64,000 bases of DNA, taken from contig NC_087436.1 in NCBI RefSeq assembly GCF_036321535.1, forward strand, positions 95,234,001 to 95,298,000, written 5' to 3'. Every line of letters begins with the position of its first letter. Position 1 is the stretch's first letter. Below, one piece after another: positions 25,586 to 39,200 of the stretch. A program made the position numbers and the translations under genes. The notes under the pieces are model-generated. The model did not search any database. It was given only the letters and a program-made list of their open reading frames with translations, and was not told the origin of the DNA. The stretch comes from Camelus dromedarius (lineage: Eukaryota).

Positions 25586-28519
25586 ACATAGAATGTGTCT
25601 TGTCAGTGGTATCCATGCTAGTTGAAGGGTAAATAAAAATGCATGCACATTCTAATAATTATAATAATAATTCTTTTGAAATATTTGAAAGAAAATCCAA
25701 TCAAGTGGATTCTAAGTTCATTCACATTTCCCCAAAACATGTCAGTATTACCTTTGCCCTAATCCCATTCCAGTGATGACTTCCTGATGACTGAGTTGAA
25801 AATGGCAGCATGCATTATGCTCCTTCCTTGCTTATTATTTCTCCATGGCATTTGCCACCTTCTAAATTACTGTAAAATTTTTCTATTTATCTTGCTTATT
25901 CTGTCTTCCCCCACTAGAATGCAAACTCCTTTAGGGCAAAGATATTGTGTGGTTTGCTCACAGATGTTGTCTCCACCTCTGCCCAAGACATGCCTGGCAC
26001 ACAGCCACTCCCAAGGATACTTTGTGGGCCCTTTATTGACTGGCCTCTTCTGAAGGCCGGCAGGCAGCCAAGGCCACCCACGTCAGTGTCAGCCCTTGTT
26101 GTTTGTTGTAAACCAGACACACAGATTTTACTCATCAGCGAGTATTCTTCACCTTCAATAAGTGTATTTTTGCTTACATTCTCTGGGACCAGCTGTCACT
26201 GAGTGGTTTCCCCTGCCCAGCCCCCCTCATTGGCTCCTCTCTTTACTTCCTTTGGTTGGGATCTGCTTCACCCCAGGGGCTTGCTGAGGACAGCCCCTGA
26301 ACTGTTTCAGAGTTTGCAGATTATATGAATCACCAGAAATGGGTTTTACGGATTCTTTCCTCCAACTGCCCTTCCCGCAACCCCCCCATCACTGTCCTGT
26401 TCTGGTTGTTGTATCTGCTTTTTAGGAGGAGAAGGGGAAGTTCTGGACTAATAATGCTTCTGCCATGGCCCATGCCTCAGGCCCCTTCCCCTTTCCCTTG
26501 CCCCCAGATTTATGGAGAGACTTCCTTGAATTTTCTGAAGGGTCTCCGTGCCTCTGGAGTTCCCTGAGGGCATGTCTGTAATGATGATTACACTCTTAGG
26601 GCCTGGTACTGCCCAGACCATGGACAGATGCTGCAGCATCATGAGTAATAATACAACAAGCATTACAGGCATGCTATCGGGGACCTGTGGAGACAAAAAG
26701 ATCTATACTGTTCAATGGAAACAGGTTCTGAAGAGCCATGGTCCTTGTGATTCATTACAGCACTGCTACCATTCTTCCTGGTAGAAAGTGCAAAAGTAAC
26801 TAGGAACAGTGCATGGGACAATAAAATGCCTGAAAAGATGGTTTCTGGATTTGAACCAAAAGAGATGATGCTTGGACCCTACAAAGAACCTTCTGATGTG
26901 CCGATTAGACGAGGAACAACGTGTAAGTAACTCTTCTCCACCCGTCTCCGTGAAGAAGTCACTATACTGCATGTAAGTCCTTACCATTTGAGACATTTAA
27001 TAATCAGATTATTTATACAGACAGGAGCCCTGTACTACAAAAAAAAAAAAAAAAAAAAAAATCTCTTCCTGCAGCTCTGCACACCCTCGAGGCAGCTCTG
27101 AGAAGGAGAAGATCCCGGCTTAGCAGCCAGAACTTACACTGCTTCTTCTTTCTTGGTGGCACAACAATTTATTTCAGTTTCAAAATAAGTCATTGGTAGC
27201 AAGACAGATTTTGTCTCAAGTGCTAATGGGTGATGTGAGATTCAGTGCTAAGACTGATGTGTCTGACAGATTGAAACAGGCAAATCCCAGTACCAAGCTA
27301 TTAAGGTTATAGGAAGTCCCTCCTATGGCTTTTATTTAAAAAAAAAAAAAAAAAAAAACTAAAGAAAAAGAGGCATCTCTTATTTTACATCATGCATTAT
27401 TAACATCTGTTCTCCCCAGGGAGGAAGCTAGATCTTTAGTTGTGCCCAGGAAGTCTCTAATCCTAAGGACCTAAAGCGTTTGACTTCCTGGCAGCAGTAC
27501 CTTTGGCTCTGGGAGCAAAAACCAGCCAGAGAAAGATGCTGGAAGAATCTCGACCAGGTTAGCTCTGATTGTCACTAGGACCAATGCCTTCTTTGGATTC
27601 CTAGACTCACTAGCCCTGAGGAGATCCAGAGACCCATCAGCCCTTGACCTCCTCCTGGTTCTTTTATTTCTAGAAAAGAGTTGACTCAGTCTCCGTGATG
27701 CTGTTTTAAGCATCCTGGTCTCGTGTACAACAAAACAAATTGCTGACCCTTCTTGGGTGTCTATGGCCAGTCACTGTTCTAAGGCTGTCATGAGTTTTAC
27801 TTGTTAATTCTCATAGGTCTGTGAATTAAATATTTATTATTATTCTCATATAACAGACAAAGTACCCAAGGTACCAAAAAGTTAAGATTTTATGGCAGGT
27901 AAATGCCAGAACTCCAAGGCAGTCTGATGACAGGGCCTGCTTTCATATCTTGTCTGGAATGCTGCCTCCCAAGAGCTTGGAAACCAACCACTGTTCCTGT
28001 TAGACCCAGTTCTTGGATGAAGGTATCTTGTTGCATAAGAGCAATTATCATGATTTAGTGTGTAACCCCAAAGCTGCCAGTCCTCACTGCTCGTGGCTAC
28101 ACAGAAGGCAACGAACATCAGTGACCCCGAATTCTTGGTCCCCATGACTACTTCTATGAGACCCCAAGGAGCCTGGCGTGTGCTCGCACCCCCACACTGT
28201 CACTACACTCACCATCTGCTGCCACCAGTCTGGTCCACTCCAGCTATCTCAAGTGGCTAGACCTGGGGCCTTTCAAGGTCCTTGAAGGAGCTTTGCACAA
28301 CTGACATTGCTGAATGAGGTGCCTTGTAGATGGTGTTAATGTTCATGCAAAGGGTGCTTTCCTCCAATAAGCCCAGATCCATTTATCTCAAGGTGAGGAG
28401 CCGCGCTGAGTTCCACGCCGGGGTATGTTCAACATCTGTCTCCTCAGAACTGAGTGTCGACACCTCGCCATTCCAAAGCTGCAAAGCCAGGGTCCAGAGT
28501 CTCACCAAATCAACAGGCT

Positions 28520-29435
28520 CAACATCGCTAATCGCCAGGGAAATAAATGCAAACCAAAACCACAATGACATATCATCTTACAACTTTAGACTGCCTATCA
28601 TCAAAAGGACCACAAACAGCAAGTGGTGGTGAGGATGTGGAGAAAGGGAACACTTGTGAACTGTGGGTGGAAATGTAAACTGGTGCAGCCACCATGGAAA
28701 ACAGTATAGAGGGTCCTCAAAAAATTAAAAATAGAACTACCATACCACCCAGCAACCCCACACCCAGGTATTTATTTGAAGAAAACAAAACACTAATTTG
28801 AAAAGACACATGTGCTCCCTTATTCATTGCAGCACTATTTACAATTGCCAAAATTGGAAGTAACTTAAGTGTCCATCGATGGATAAATGAATAAAGAAAA
28901 TGTGGTGTATATGCAATGGCTATGCAGTTCAGCCACAAAAAAGGAATAAAATCTTGCCATTTGTGACAACATGCACAGACCCTGAGGACACTGCACTAAA
29001 TGAAGTAAGTCAGGCAGAGTCAGGCATGATCTTGCTTACATTTTGAATCTAAAACAAAACCAAAACCAAACCCAAAAACCAAGCTCAAAGATAAAGAAAA
29101 CAGATTGGTGGTTGCCAGAGGCAGGGGTGGGGGGTAGGTGAAATGGGTGAAGGGCATCAAAAGGTACAAATTTCTGGTTATAAAGCAAGTCATGGGGATG
29201 TAATACAGCATGGTGACTGTAGTTAATAATACCGGATGGCATATTTGAAAGTGGTTAAAAGGGTAGATTTTAAAAATTCTCATCACAAGAAAAAATTTTT
29301 TGTAACTGTGTATGGTGACAGACGTTAATTAGACTTACTGTGGTGATCATTTTGCAATATATACGAATACCGAATCAGTATGCTGTACACTTGAAACTAG
29401 TGTGATATATGTCAATCATACCTCAATAAAAAATC
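28520..29435 (+). mobile_element. L1 ORF2 end plus 3'UTR (L1MA-type, 5' truncated)
   Basis: gtgaggatgtggagaaaggg...gcagccaccatggaaaacagt...cctcaataaaa. Confidence 0.92.
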
Positions 29436-30992
29436 TGGAAACATATATGACAATTGCACTAGTGCTTATAGTTTATCTAAAAATGACTAATAATTTAAAA
29501 TCTAATGTCATATTAAATCACCCTGTTAGATAAATAAACCTTCAAAAACACAACTTAATACTAATTTGGGTGCACAAAAATATACACTGTAAACTACCAA
29601 ATCTATAAAACATCGGCCAACTTTTTTTTTTTTCTCATGTAGTCTTATTTATTGATGGATTCTGACCAAACGTAGAGAAATGATAATTTGGGCAGAACTT
29701 AGCCCACAGGGGAAAATGGGACAGAAATGTTCACGAGCACATTGATTTCTGTTTGCCTTGCCCACTCATTGCCCAGTTCTGGTATTTCTTTTTTTTCTCT
29801 CTACAACTTTTTTTAATAAAAAGTGACTATGGCTATGTACACAATCTCAGAAACTCTCCGAATTAAAGAGGCACTAAGGAAAGAAGAAAACACTGCATAT
29901 TCATTCCAATAAAAATAGTACCGTAAGTATGTATAATCAAAATAATGATCTGGTGGATTTTTTCCGTAACTATTATAACATGAAAATATAAATTTCTGCT
30001 CATTTTTAAAACATTGTCAAACATTCTTTTGGGCTCTTTTCTATAATATTCTTCTGAAAATTAAAGAAAAATCACTAAATTGTTTGATGCTTAATAATAA
30101 ATGTATGAGGGTGACATTGTGTATAATTGGCCAATTGGGCAAACTTGTGTTTTTCTTTCCAGTTTTTGTACCTGATCGGTTCAGGATTCACAATTACGCA
30201 AAGACCATAAAACTGTATCATATTCCTTAGCTTTTACAATTTATATAGGAAGTTTGGGTTAGAAATTTAAAATATTTTATTCTTTAAAAAGTTCAGGAAA
30301 TCAACTCCTCCAAGCCAAGTGTGTGGTTTATAGAATCGAAACAAATAGTTGAACTACATATGTTATGCAAGATTTAAAAAAAAAAAACAAAAAAAACCCC
30401 AAACTGGGCGTCAACATCTCAGAGTTCCCGAGCTGCTCTGCTGGGATCCGAAGTCTCATTGAGTCTTTCATGAAATTCATTTGTTTAGTACTCACTCCTA
30501 CCCTTCCAGGGAGCCCCAAACCAGTCCAGGAGGCAAAAGAGTATGAAACAGCGTGCCACCCCCTCCGGTACTCCTCCCCACCCCTCCTTTGTGACTCTCC
30601 AAATACTCTCCCCCTACTATGCATGTCAATTTATGCATATAAATGGAGAGGGGTGACCATCACCCCAACAGCCAAATTCTTCTTCCAGTTTGGGTTCAGC
30701 TAGGATACCCTGCTGCATCTTTCATGCAAATTGGATGGGGAGGTTTGCCAGTAAGAAGGCCCAGGACGGGATGGAAGGGGAAATTAACTCCATTGTCCTT
30801 AGAAAAGACTTAGAGCCGACCTCTTCCGTAGACTTTACAAGCAGGAAGCTGGATAAGCTTTAAACTGAACGAATATAAATAAAAACTGAATAGATAGAAA
30901 TTTGTTTTTAATTCTTAAATCTCTGTCTTAAAACCCAGCTTCAGGCCTGAAAATAAAAAGGACACAAATGACATATGAAGATCACAGCAAAC

Positions 30993-31195
30993 GAAAGAAA
31001 GAGAAGAAAGAAAGAGAGAAAGAAGGGAAGGAAGGAAGGAAGGAAGGAAGGAAGGAAGGAAGGAAGGAAGGAAAGAAGGAAGGAAGGAAGGAAGGAAGAA
31101 AAGAAAGGAAGAAAAGAAAGGGGGGAGAGAGAGAGAGAGAGGGAGAAAGAGAGAGAGAGAGGAAGAGAGAGAAAGAGAGAGAGAGAAAGAGAGAA

Positions 31196-31282
<87 letters not shown>

Positions 31283-31344
31283 AAGAGAGAAAAAGAAAGA
31301 GAGAAAGAGAGAAAAAGAAAGAGAGAAAGAAAGAAAAGAAAGAG

Positions 31345-31403
<59 letters not shown>

Positions 31404-31466
31404 GAGAAAGAGAGAAAGAGAGAAAGAAAAAGAAAGAGAGAAAGAGAGAAAGAGAGAGAGAGGAAA
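30993..31466. repeat. 474-bp pure-purine compound microsatellite (GGAA/GA/GAAA)
   Basis: No pyrimidine seen on the + strand across the interval. Confidence 0.97.
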
Positions 31467-31469
31467 TCA

Positions 31470-31865
31470 GCATAGCGGGAACCAGCTGTACTGCAACTTC
31501 TCCTTTTGCAGCGTCTAACGTTGAAGCCAGCGCCACGCTGAAGTCGGGTTAGAAGCAGTTTCACTCGGTTGGCTGCCCTCCAGGGGCCTTTCCGGGGCGG
31601 AAAGCAGAAGTTCACGGTATTAAAATAGATCCCATTGTGCACACAAGAGTAACCAGAAGCACGGCGTCTCTTCCGGTCGGGCGACTACTTCAGTTCTCTG
31701 GTTGGCTCTCTCCAATCCGCTTCCAGGGACTCTCGGCCTGACTTGGCTTTTAGTGGGGGAGCTATGGCGTGTATGCTGAAGCATCTGGCCACTTGGTGTT
31801 TTGCAAGTTCTGCAATTAGTTCTTTAAAGAGCCCTTGTGTCAGACGAAGAACGTACCGGGAGGAT
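31470..31865. promoter_or_regulatory. Small CpG-rich promoter/enhancer-like block
   Basis: About 21 CpGs counted in ~390 bp, GC box ggggcgg (31594), ETS core cttccgg (31670), CCAAT (31712). Confidence 0.5.
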
Positions 31866-32144
31866 CTACTCTGACCTTCTCCACAGCTCACCTTGACTGG
31901 GGCACCTGCCACATCCATCACTCTTCAGAGGATGGAACTGCAGGAGGCTCCTGGGATGGGAACGTTCAAAGAAAGCTGACTCTTTTTCTTTTGTTGTTTC
32001 TTTCTTTCTTTTTTTCCCCTCCCTCTTCACTTCCTCCGAAAGGGTAAAATGGGGCCACTTTTCGGGTCTGCCTAATTCTTATTCCTGGCCCACATCAAAA
32101 CAACAACAATGAAGAATTGCTAAAAGTTCCAGCCTCGGTATCAC

Positions 32145-32262
32145 CTGACAGCTTGTTAAAAATGCAGGCTTTCAGGCTCCATCCCGACCTATTGAATTAG
32201 AATCTGCATTTTAACCAGATCCAGCTGGTTTGTTTGCACAGTAGGGTTTCAGAAGCGCTGGG
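32145..32262. mobile_element. MER5-like hAT fragment
   Basis: cttgttaaaaatgcag...gaatctgcattttaac...agaagcgctg. Confidence 0.65.
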
Positions 32263-34719
32263 AAAGAAAGCTTTGAAAATGATCCGAGGTCTTGCCCCCG
32301 GGTACCGGCCCTGGTGTGAAATTTTTGGGTCACAGCGACACCTTGTGGTTACTTTAGTAGTTGCAGTTGAGCTTTCCAGTGGGCAAGCTGCTGTTGACAG
32401 GACAGCAGTTATAATTATTCATCGCTGGAGGAAACAGATGAAGGTTGTACTAGTGCCTGGAGGTCTCCAAGTTCGGCCTCTCTCCACCACGCTGTCAATC
32501 AAAAAGATATGGGCCCTCTTCCAAGGATGACTTCTACCCGAGTAGAAGAATAGCCATAGCTATTTTCTGCGTCAGAAACTGCAGGATCAACAGATCTCAA
32601 AATATTTCTTTCCCCTTCACAAGATTTATCATAAAATTCATAAAGACAGTAAAACTCAGTGTCACAAGGATGGTTCTAAAGATCATCTAGATGAGTGGTC
32701 CCCACCTTTCAAACATGAGGCTGGCTTTATAATAACGGTTAGAATTTACTGAACATAATACTGTTCTGAGCACCTGCATGCATTTAGTCAACTAAACCTC
32801 ACATCAGTTCAGTGAAACAGGTGCTATATTATCTCTAGTTTGTAGACCCCTAACAGTAATTTTGTTTGTAATATTTATTGGTTGAGAAAAATCTACACTG
32901 ACAAGAAACGGTTATTATGACCCTAGTAACTCTTGGAAATGAATTTGCATTGAATTAAACCCAATCACTTCTGCATATATTTTGGGAAGAGTAGTGCAGA
33001 CACATAAGATATGTTATCTACCCGGCCTCAGACTGCGGTGGGGGTGTATTTAGACTTGGGGCCTCTTGGAACAGCTCCAAGGCTCTCAGAGGATTCATAG
33101 CTCGCAGTCTGGGAGCCCTGATGTAGAAGCACACCCTGTGTACTTTATTGACGCCGTACTGTGTAATCCTGAACACAGCTGATTTCTTTTAGTGTCTGGT
33201 GATCAGCAGGCTCAGGCTTGCCTTGGCCTTGGATGGGAGACTTCTGGGGAGTAGGAAACTGATTTCAAAAAGGTTCCCCATGGTTACACTTCTAGATTGA
33301 AAAACTACAACTATGGAGACAAACAGATTCCATGGCCAACCCCTCCCTTCTGTTCTCCAACCTATACCCCCTAGAAAGAATAATTTTCTTAAAACAAAGT
33401 TCTGTTTGAGTTATTCCCCATCGCAAAATTACCTCCAACTGTGCCCAGCTGGTTATGTGAGAGAAAGACTTTTCTGATTACCTAGGTTTTCAAAGTGAAA
33501 ATCTAATACCCACCAACCTGCTTGTTGCTACTCTCTGCTCTGTCTAGACTCTTCCTCTGGTCTCCGTGTTGCCAGTGGAAAATGGTGGCCTCAGAGGAAA
33601 CCTCTAGGAGACCAGCTAGCGGCAAAGGTGGCCCTCCCCAGGAAGTGCTGTCACGTGGAATGCAGAGTTAGGTCCTACACAGACACAAGGTAACAGTTCT
33701 GGCAGGTAACAGTTAGACAGCCTCTCAAGACCAAACACCAGTTTTCTGTGAAAAATATCATTGCTGAGTTGACCAGGTAAGTGCACATGCTGGTGGTCAT
33801 TCTCTTCTGCAGGCCCTCAGGAAGAAATAGCATAAGCAGAAGGTTGCTTGGTTAGTATGAGTCTTGGCCATTTCTTATTTCTGGCTGCCCAGTTTCAAGC
33901 CCGTCTATTTAAAAGAACATCATTTCCTTTCAGGCATTCTTTTTTCCCACAGTCTGGGAGACAGTGACCAAGACTCTGGCACTGCTAGTGACTGGGCAGC
34001 CCAGGCTAGGACAGTTACATGCTCTCTTCCTGGTATTTGAATCTTGACCAGAGGATCAAAGAAATAGAGAAGAATTCTATTTCGTCCCAGCCTCCAGAAC
34101 CTGCTTTTAGACAGCTTACTGGTTTTGGAATCCTCACCTCCAGAAATAGCCTAGCTCCTTCCTGGTTCCACGCTTCCACCCTGTCCTTGAATCTGTGAGC
34201 CCCCGGCATCTTCCCCTTCACCCATTTTTTTCTTTTAATTAAGTTAATGTGCTACTCAGCTATTTCTAGAATAATTATAAAAAATCACCCTCAAAATCTG
34301 AGTGGTTTGTGGTGACAGAATTTTATGTTCCTAACTGACAGTCTGTTGGTCGCCTAGGCTGGTTCTGTTTTCAGACTCAGGTCTGATTGGGGCTGTTCTG
34401 CATGGCTCTCATTTGAGGACAGCAGCCACTGCTGAGGGAATGCTCTTCTCATGATAGGTGGTAACTTACAAGGTAAACCACACCAGCACACTTAGTATCT
34501 CTGGTATGTTACCCTGTTATGTATCAAGTATGTTACTCTGCATCCTGTTGGCCAAAGCAAGTCCCATGGTCAAGCTTCACTTGGTTGTACAGACATGCCT
34601 ATTCTGCCTGCTCTATAAGCGGGCACTGCTAAGTCACCACGGAAAGGGCACCAATGTGTTTGTATTCTTCCATTACCTGGAGAGAGTGTAAAGCTGGAAC
34701 CATTAACCTACCTTGGTTA

Positions 34720-35850
34720 AGCAGAAAATTAATTTTAACATAGTCAAATGTATCAACCTTTTCCTTTATGGTTTGTGTGTTCCAACTGTTGTTTAAGAAA
34801 TTCTTTGCTATATGTCAATTATATCTCAATAAAATTGATAAAGAAAACAAATAAAAAGTTCTTCTTTGACCCAGGAATGTCATAGGGATATTCTTCTTTA
34901 TTGTGTTTTTCACATTTAAGTCTTTATTCCAGAGTATAGGTAAGGCAGGGATCCAATTTTGAGCTTTTGCTAATGGCTGACCAGTTGCCCCAGCATTGTT
35001 TTTTTTTTTAAATTTTTATTTTGTATTGAAGTGTAGTCCATTTACAGTGTTAATTTCAGGTGCACAGCAAAGCAATTCATTTTTACATATGCATACATAT
35101 ATGTATACATTTTAGATTCTTTTCCATTACAGCTCATTACAAGAAACTGAATATAGTTCCCTGCAGTATACAGTAAGTCCTTGTTGCTTATCTATTTTAT
35201 ATATAGTAATGTGTATCTATTAATCCCAATCTCCTAATCTATCCCTCGCCCCCCTCCCCCACCTGGTAACCACAGTTTGTTTTCTTTGTCTGGATCTGTT
35301 TCCCAGCATTGTTTTTGGAATAACTTATCCTATTCCTACTGATCTATAAAACCATCTTTGCCATATATCAAGTTTCCATAAATACAGGGGTGTCTTTCCA
35401 GGCTCTCTATTCTGTTTCACTGTTTTGTTTGTCAGCCTCTGTGCTGATACTCCACCTCTCAATTATTTGCTCTTTAATCTTCATTTAGAATCAGCTTGTC
35501 AAGTTCCACATATACACACACTAAAAGTACCCATCAGTGTTTGCTTGGAATTTCTTTGAATTAGATTAATGTGGGGAGAAAAAAGGTCCTCAAGATAATA
35601 AATCTTCCTCTCCGTGAACATGGAATATCTCTCCACTTATTTGGTTCGTCTTTAACTACATTCAATAAAAGTTTATAATTTTCTTCTTAAAGTGTGCCAT
35701 CATTTGTTAGATGTATTCCTAGATATCTTACTTTATGCTATCTTAAATAATATAAATACAATCTTTAAAAAATATTTAACGATTTGCTGCCACGTATTGG
35801 ACATAATCGAATTTTGTGTATTGATCTCAAAGCCCATGACATTTATCATA
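34720..35850 (-). mobile_element. Old L1 fragment containing a younger L1 3' end (~35004-35301) and a MIR at its right edge
   Basis: The inner element is flanked by TSD cccagcattgttttt at ~34989 and 35302. Confidence 0.75.
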
Positions 35851-36247
35851 ATAGCTAACATTTATATAATCCTCACTCTGTACCGGGCACTGTTCCAGGC
35901 ATTTCATATGTATGGAATGCATTCAATCTCACAATGACTCTGTGAAGGAGGTTTTATTATTACAACTATTTATAGATGAGGGAACCGAACTCCAGAGACA
36001 TGCAGAGAGCTTAAGTAAATTGTCTTAAGATCGTAAGTGATAGAGCCGGGGTTCAAACTCATCCAATATCCAAAGCTATAACCGCAACACTGTATTTGTC
36101 TTTGAACCTCTTTAAGCCCTTCCATCAGTTCTAATAATTTGTCTGTTTATTGTCTTAGGTTTTCCATGCAAATATCAAGAATAATACATACTTTAAAAAT
36201 CAACTCACGAACACACAGTTAATGGCCTATTAAAGCAGGACAGGGAG

Positions 36248-36308
36248 TGGAGTGTGTGTCGGGTGTGTGTATGTGGGGTGTGTGTGTGTGTGTGTGTGTG
36301 TGTATGTA
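36248..36308. repeat. (TG)n microsatellite
   Basis: Seen directly. Confidence 0.9.
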
Positions 36309-37967
36309 TAGAATAGCAGGAGGAACTTTCTTTAGGAAGAGCAGCATTCTCAAAGCTCGGAATTCACCGAGCCCCCGGGATGGCTGGTATCCTTCCCGAG
36401 GAGCAGCGAGGAATTTCTGGCATTGCAGCAACTAGCCAAGTCAGGGCATCCTCAGAGAGGCCAGCAGGCTCCAGGGAGGCCTGAATAGGAAAAGAGGCCC
36501 AGGGCCAAGCCCAACAGAGAGTGTCAAATGACAGGCCTGCTCCGCCGCCCTCCGCCCCCAGATCTGGGCTGAATCAAAGGGCCATTCAGGCCCCTCCCTT
36601 TCACAGACCGAGGCCACTGGGGCAGCTCCCGAGGCTGAAATGCAACAATCCCATGGGCTGCTGCTCCAAACAGGCTTGTGTTTGAAACCACAATATTCTT
36701 GGCTCCGGTTTTACACACATTACTTTTCTGGTGATGGAGGAAAAAAAAAAAAAAGGAATTAGAAGAATGAAAGCGAGAGATTTTGAGGGATGGGAATTCT
36801 TTCTTCAGTCTAGTGAATGAGGTTAATAAGTGGAAAAATGAAACTACTCTCCGTGAAGGGTCTTTGGAAGGGTTACCAGGCCACGATAATTAAGAGCAAA
36901 TTAAAAGGCTGCATCATTCTTTCAGCCTCGGCCGCCTCTCTCAGCCCTGAGGGAACTGAGTCTGCTGCAGGGCAGGCAGGGCGGTGGGGGGGGGGGTGGC
37001 CCCCTCAGCATGTGGGGCGATGACCCTTCAGGAGAAGTGGGGACACCCACCTCTGTGTCCATCTGTGGCATCCCACCCAAATGCTAATTCATGAATTGGG
37101 GAACTGACTGACTGATAGCCGCCCCCCAAAACCCCTGCTCATTGGACACTTGCTCTCACATTTCAAAGCAATGTTTTCTAGTGCTTTGCATCGTGTAAAA
37201 AAAAACCCAAAGCAACCCTGGGGGTTGGGGCCATCTTCTGGGGATCTCTTGAATCTCTCTGGCTCTCAGTTTTCTCTCTGTAAGATGAAGGTGCAAACTA
37301 GATTAGTTTCTTCCAAACAGTGCTCTCCTGAGTCTCTCTGAAGCCTGGAATGTGTTGAAGGAACGGAAATGGAAGTATTAACTGAGACATTACCCCACGT
37401 CTGATTCTGCCATCTTTGACCTTGGACCATTTTCAACACAACCTGCTTGAACAGTTCATTCTAACATGCCTGTTTCTACGACATGCTGACTCTGTCAGCA
37501 ATTCCAGGTGACCCCAGAGTTCAGAGCCACTGCCTCTGCGCTGCTTGGGTCCAATTGCCACCTTGAAGGAGGTGTGGCGGGTTCCTGCCAGCATCGTGTC
37601 TTTCTCCGGGAGACTGAGGAAGACTGGTGACAGCTCAGGTGGATGGTGTGTACCCACGGTTTCTCTGCTAGTGGCTTCTGGAGGTGGCCCTGTGGCCTGG
37701 GTTGGAGTGGGATCTAGCAGGTGTATTTTCACAAATGCAGGGGAGATTTTGCATAAGATTCTGCAAGAATTTTCCTGAGAAACCTTTTCTGAGCTCCAAA
37801 GTTGGGTTGTGACGTTTTTCTGAAGTAGCTGGGTTGTTTACTGCCCTAGAACTTAAAATGTTAGTGGCACTGCCTGTTCACCTACTCTCTGGTCTTGAGG
37901 TCAGAAACCATGGCTTTTTCACTACAAATTCCCAGGACCTGGCAAAGCCCCTGCCACACAAAGGTGA

Positions 37968-38482
37968 CTGTATTTTCCAAAAATAGCCACCGTGATATTT
38001 CCAGTTTCATGTGTTCTTCCACAAACTTTCCACTCCCCACCACCAGGCATCATCTGTTTCCCCTCGCCTGAGACTTGGGTTGGGGAGGGTGGACCCTGTG
38101 ACTGCCTCCATAAATAGGAGTCTGCAGAACGATTGACTTCCAAGGCCAGATTATAAAAAGGAATAAGGCTTCTGCCTGATGTTCTCTCCCTTGGGATGTT
38201 CACCCTGGAAACCAGGCAGCAGCTTGTGTGGAAGCCTAAACTAAACCATGTAGGGAGCCAGCTTCAACTGCCAGACAGTTGGAAATATGAGCCTTTAGAA
38301 GATTCCATGCTCCAGCCTTCAAGTCCTCCAGCTGAGGCCTCGGACACTGCAGGGCAGAGACAAGGTATCTCTGATGGGCCATATCCAAACTCCTGACCCA
38401 CGGATTCTGTAGCATAATAAATGTTTGTAATGCACCACTAAATATTGAGAATATTTGTTACACAGTCATAGCATTGAAACAG
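37968..38482 (+). mobile_element. MLT1 solo LTR
   Basis: gacttccaaggccagattataaaa...cagctgaggcc...aaactcctgacccac...ttgttacacag. Confidence 0.75.
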
Positions 38483-38684
38483 TGGTCAATAACAGACACT
38501 AAATACATTAGTAAAGGCTGGCCATGGGTTCTATCAGATCCCTGAACCTTCCCTCGAAGGTGGAAAAGAGAAGAACTATTCCAGGAAATGGGTGAAAGTG
38601 TATAGTGTTTATCTAGTTTTAAGGTATAAATATTTGTAAATATCTACTACACTATAGTAGAAAAGATACTTTCAAAAATCAGGG

Positions 38685-39200
38685 TCCTATCAAGCCATGA
38701 AGAGACATGGAAGGAATGTAAAGCATATTAAAAAGTCAAAGAAGTCTATCTGAAAAGTCTGTAGATTATATGATTCCAACTAATATGACATTCTGAAAAA
38801 AGTGAAACTATGGAAACATTAAAAAATATCAGTGGTGCCAGGAGTTAGGGAGGAGGGCATGAACAGGCAGAGCACAGGGGATTTTTAGGGCACTGAGACA
38901 ATTCTACATGATACTCCAATTGTGGATACATGTTATTATACATTTGTCCAAACCCACAGAATGTACAACGCTAAGAGCAAACACTAATGTAAATTACAGG
39001 CTTTGGGAGGTAATGTCGTGTCAAAGTTGGCTCATCAATTATAACGAATGTACCACTCTGGTGCTGATGGTGGGGGAAATTGTGCTTGTGTGGGGGTGGG
39101 GGGATATGGGAAATCTCTGTACTTTCCATTCAATTCTTTTTTCTTTCCACTCAATTTTGCTATGAACCTAAACCTGTTCTGAAAAACAAAGACTTTTTTT
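38685..39200 (+). mobile_element. L1MC-type 3' fragment
   Basis: ttatacatttgtccaaacccacagaatgtacaac and gggaaatctctgtac; same family as 17790-18475. Confidence 0.85.

Noticed and set aside
26500..27061. Processed pseudogene (A-run at 27039-27061; faint NDUFA8-like residue spacing) or endogenous bornavirus element
   Set aside because: No TSD and no AATAAA just before the A-run; nucleotide similarity is too weak; no recognisable bornaviral motifs. The splice-site pattern fits better.
30941..31642. Four long ORFs (166-233 aa)
   Set aside because: Low-complexity translations of the purine microsatellite.
33770..33990. Cluster of splice-like sites
   Set aside because: Donor-acceptor spacing is too short for an intron and no coherent frame emerges.
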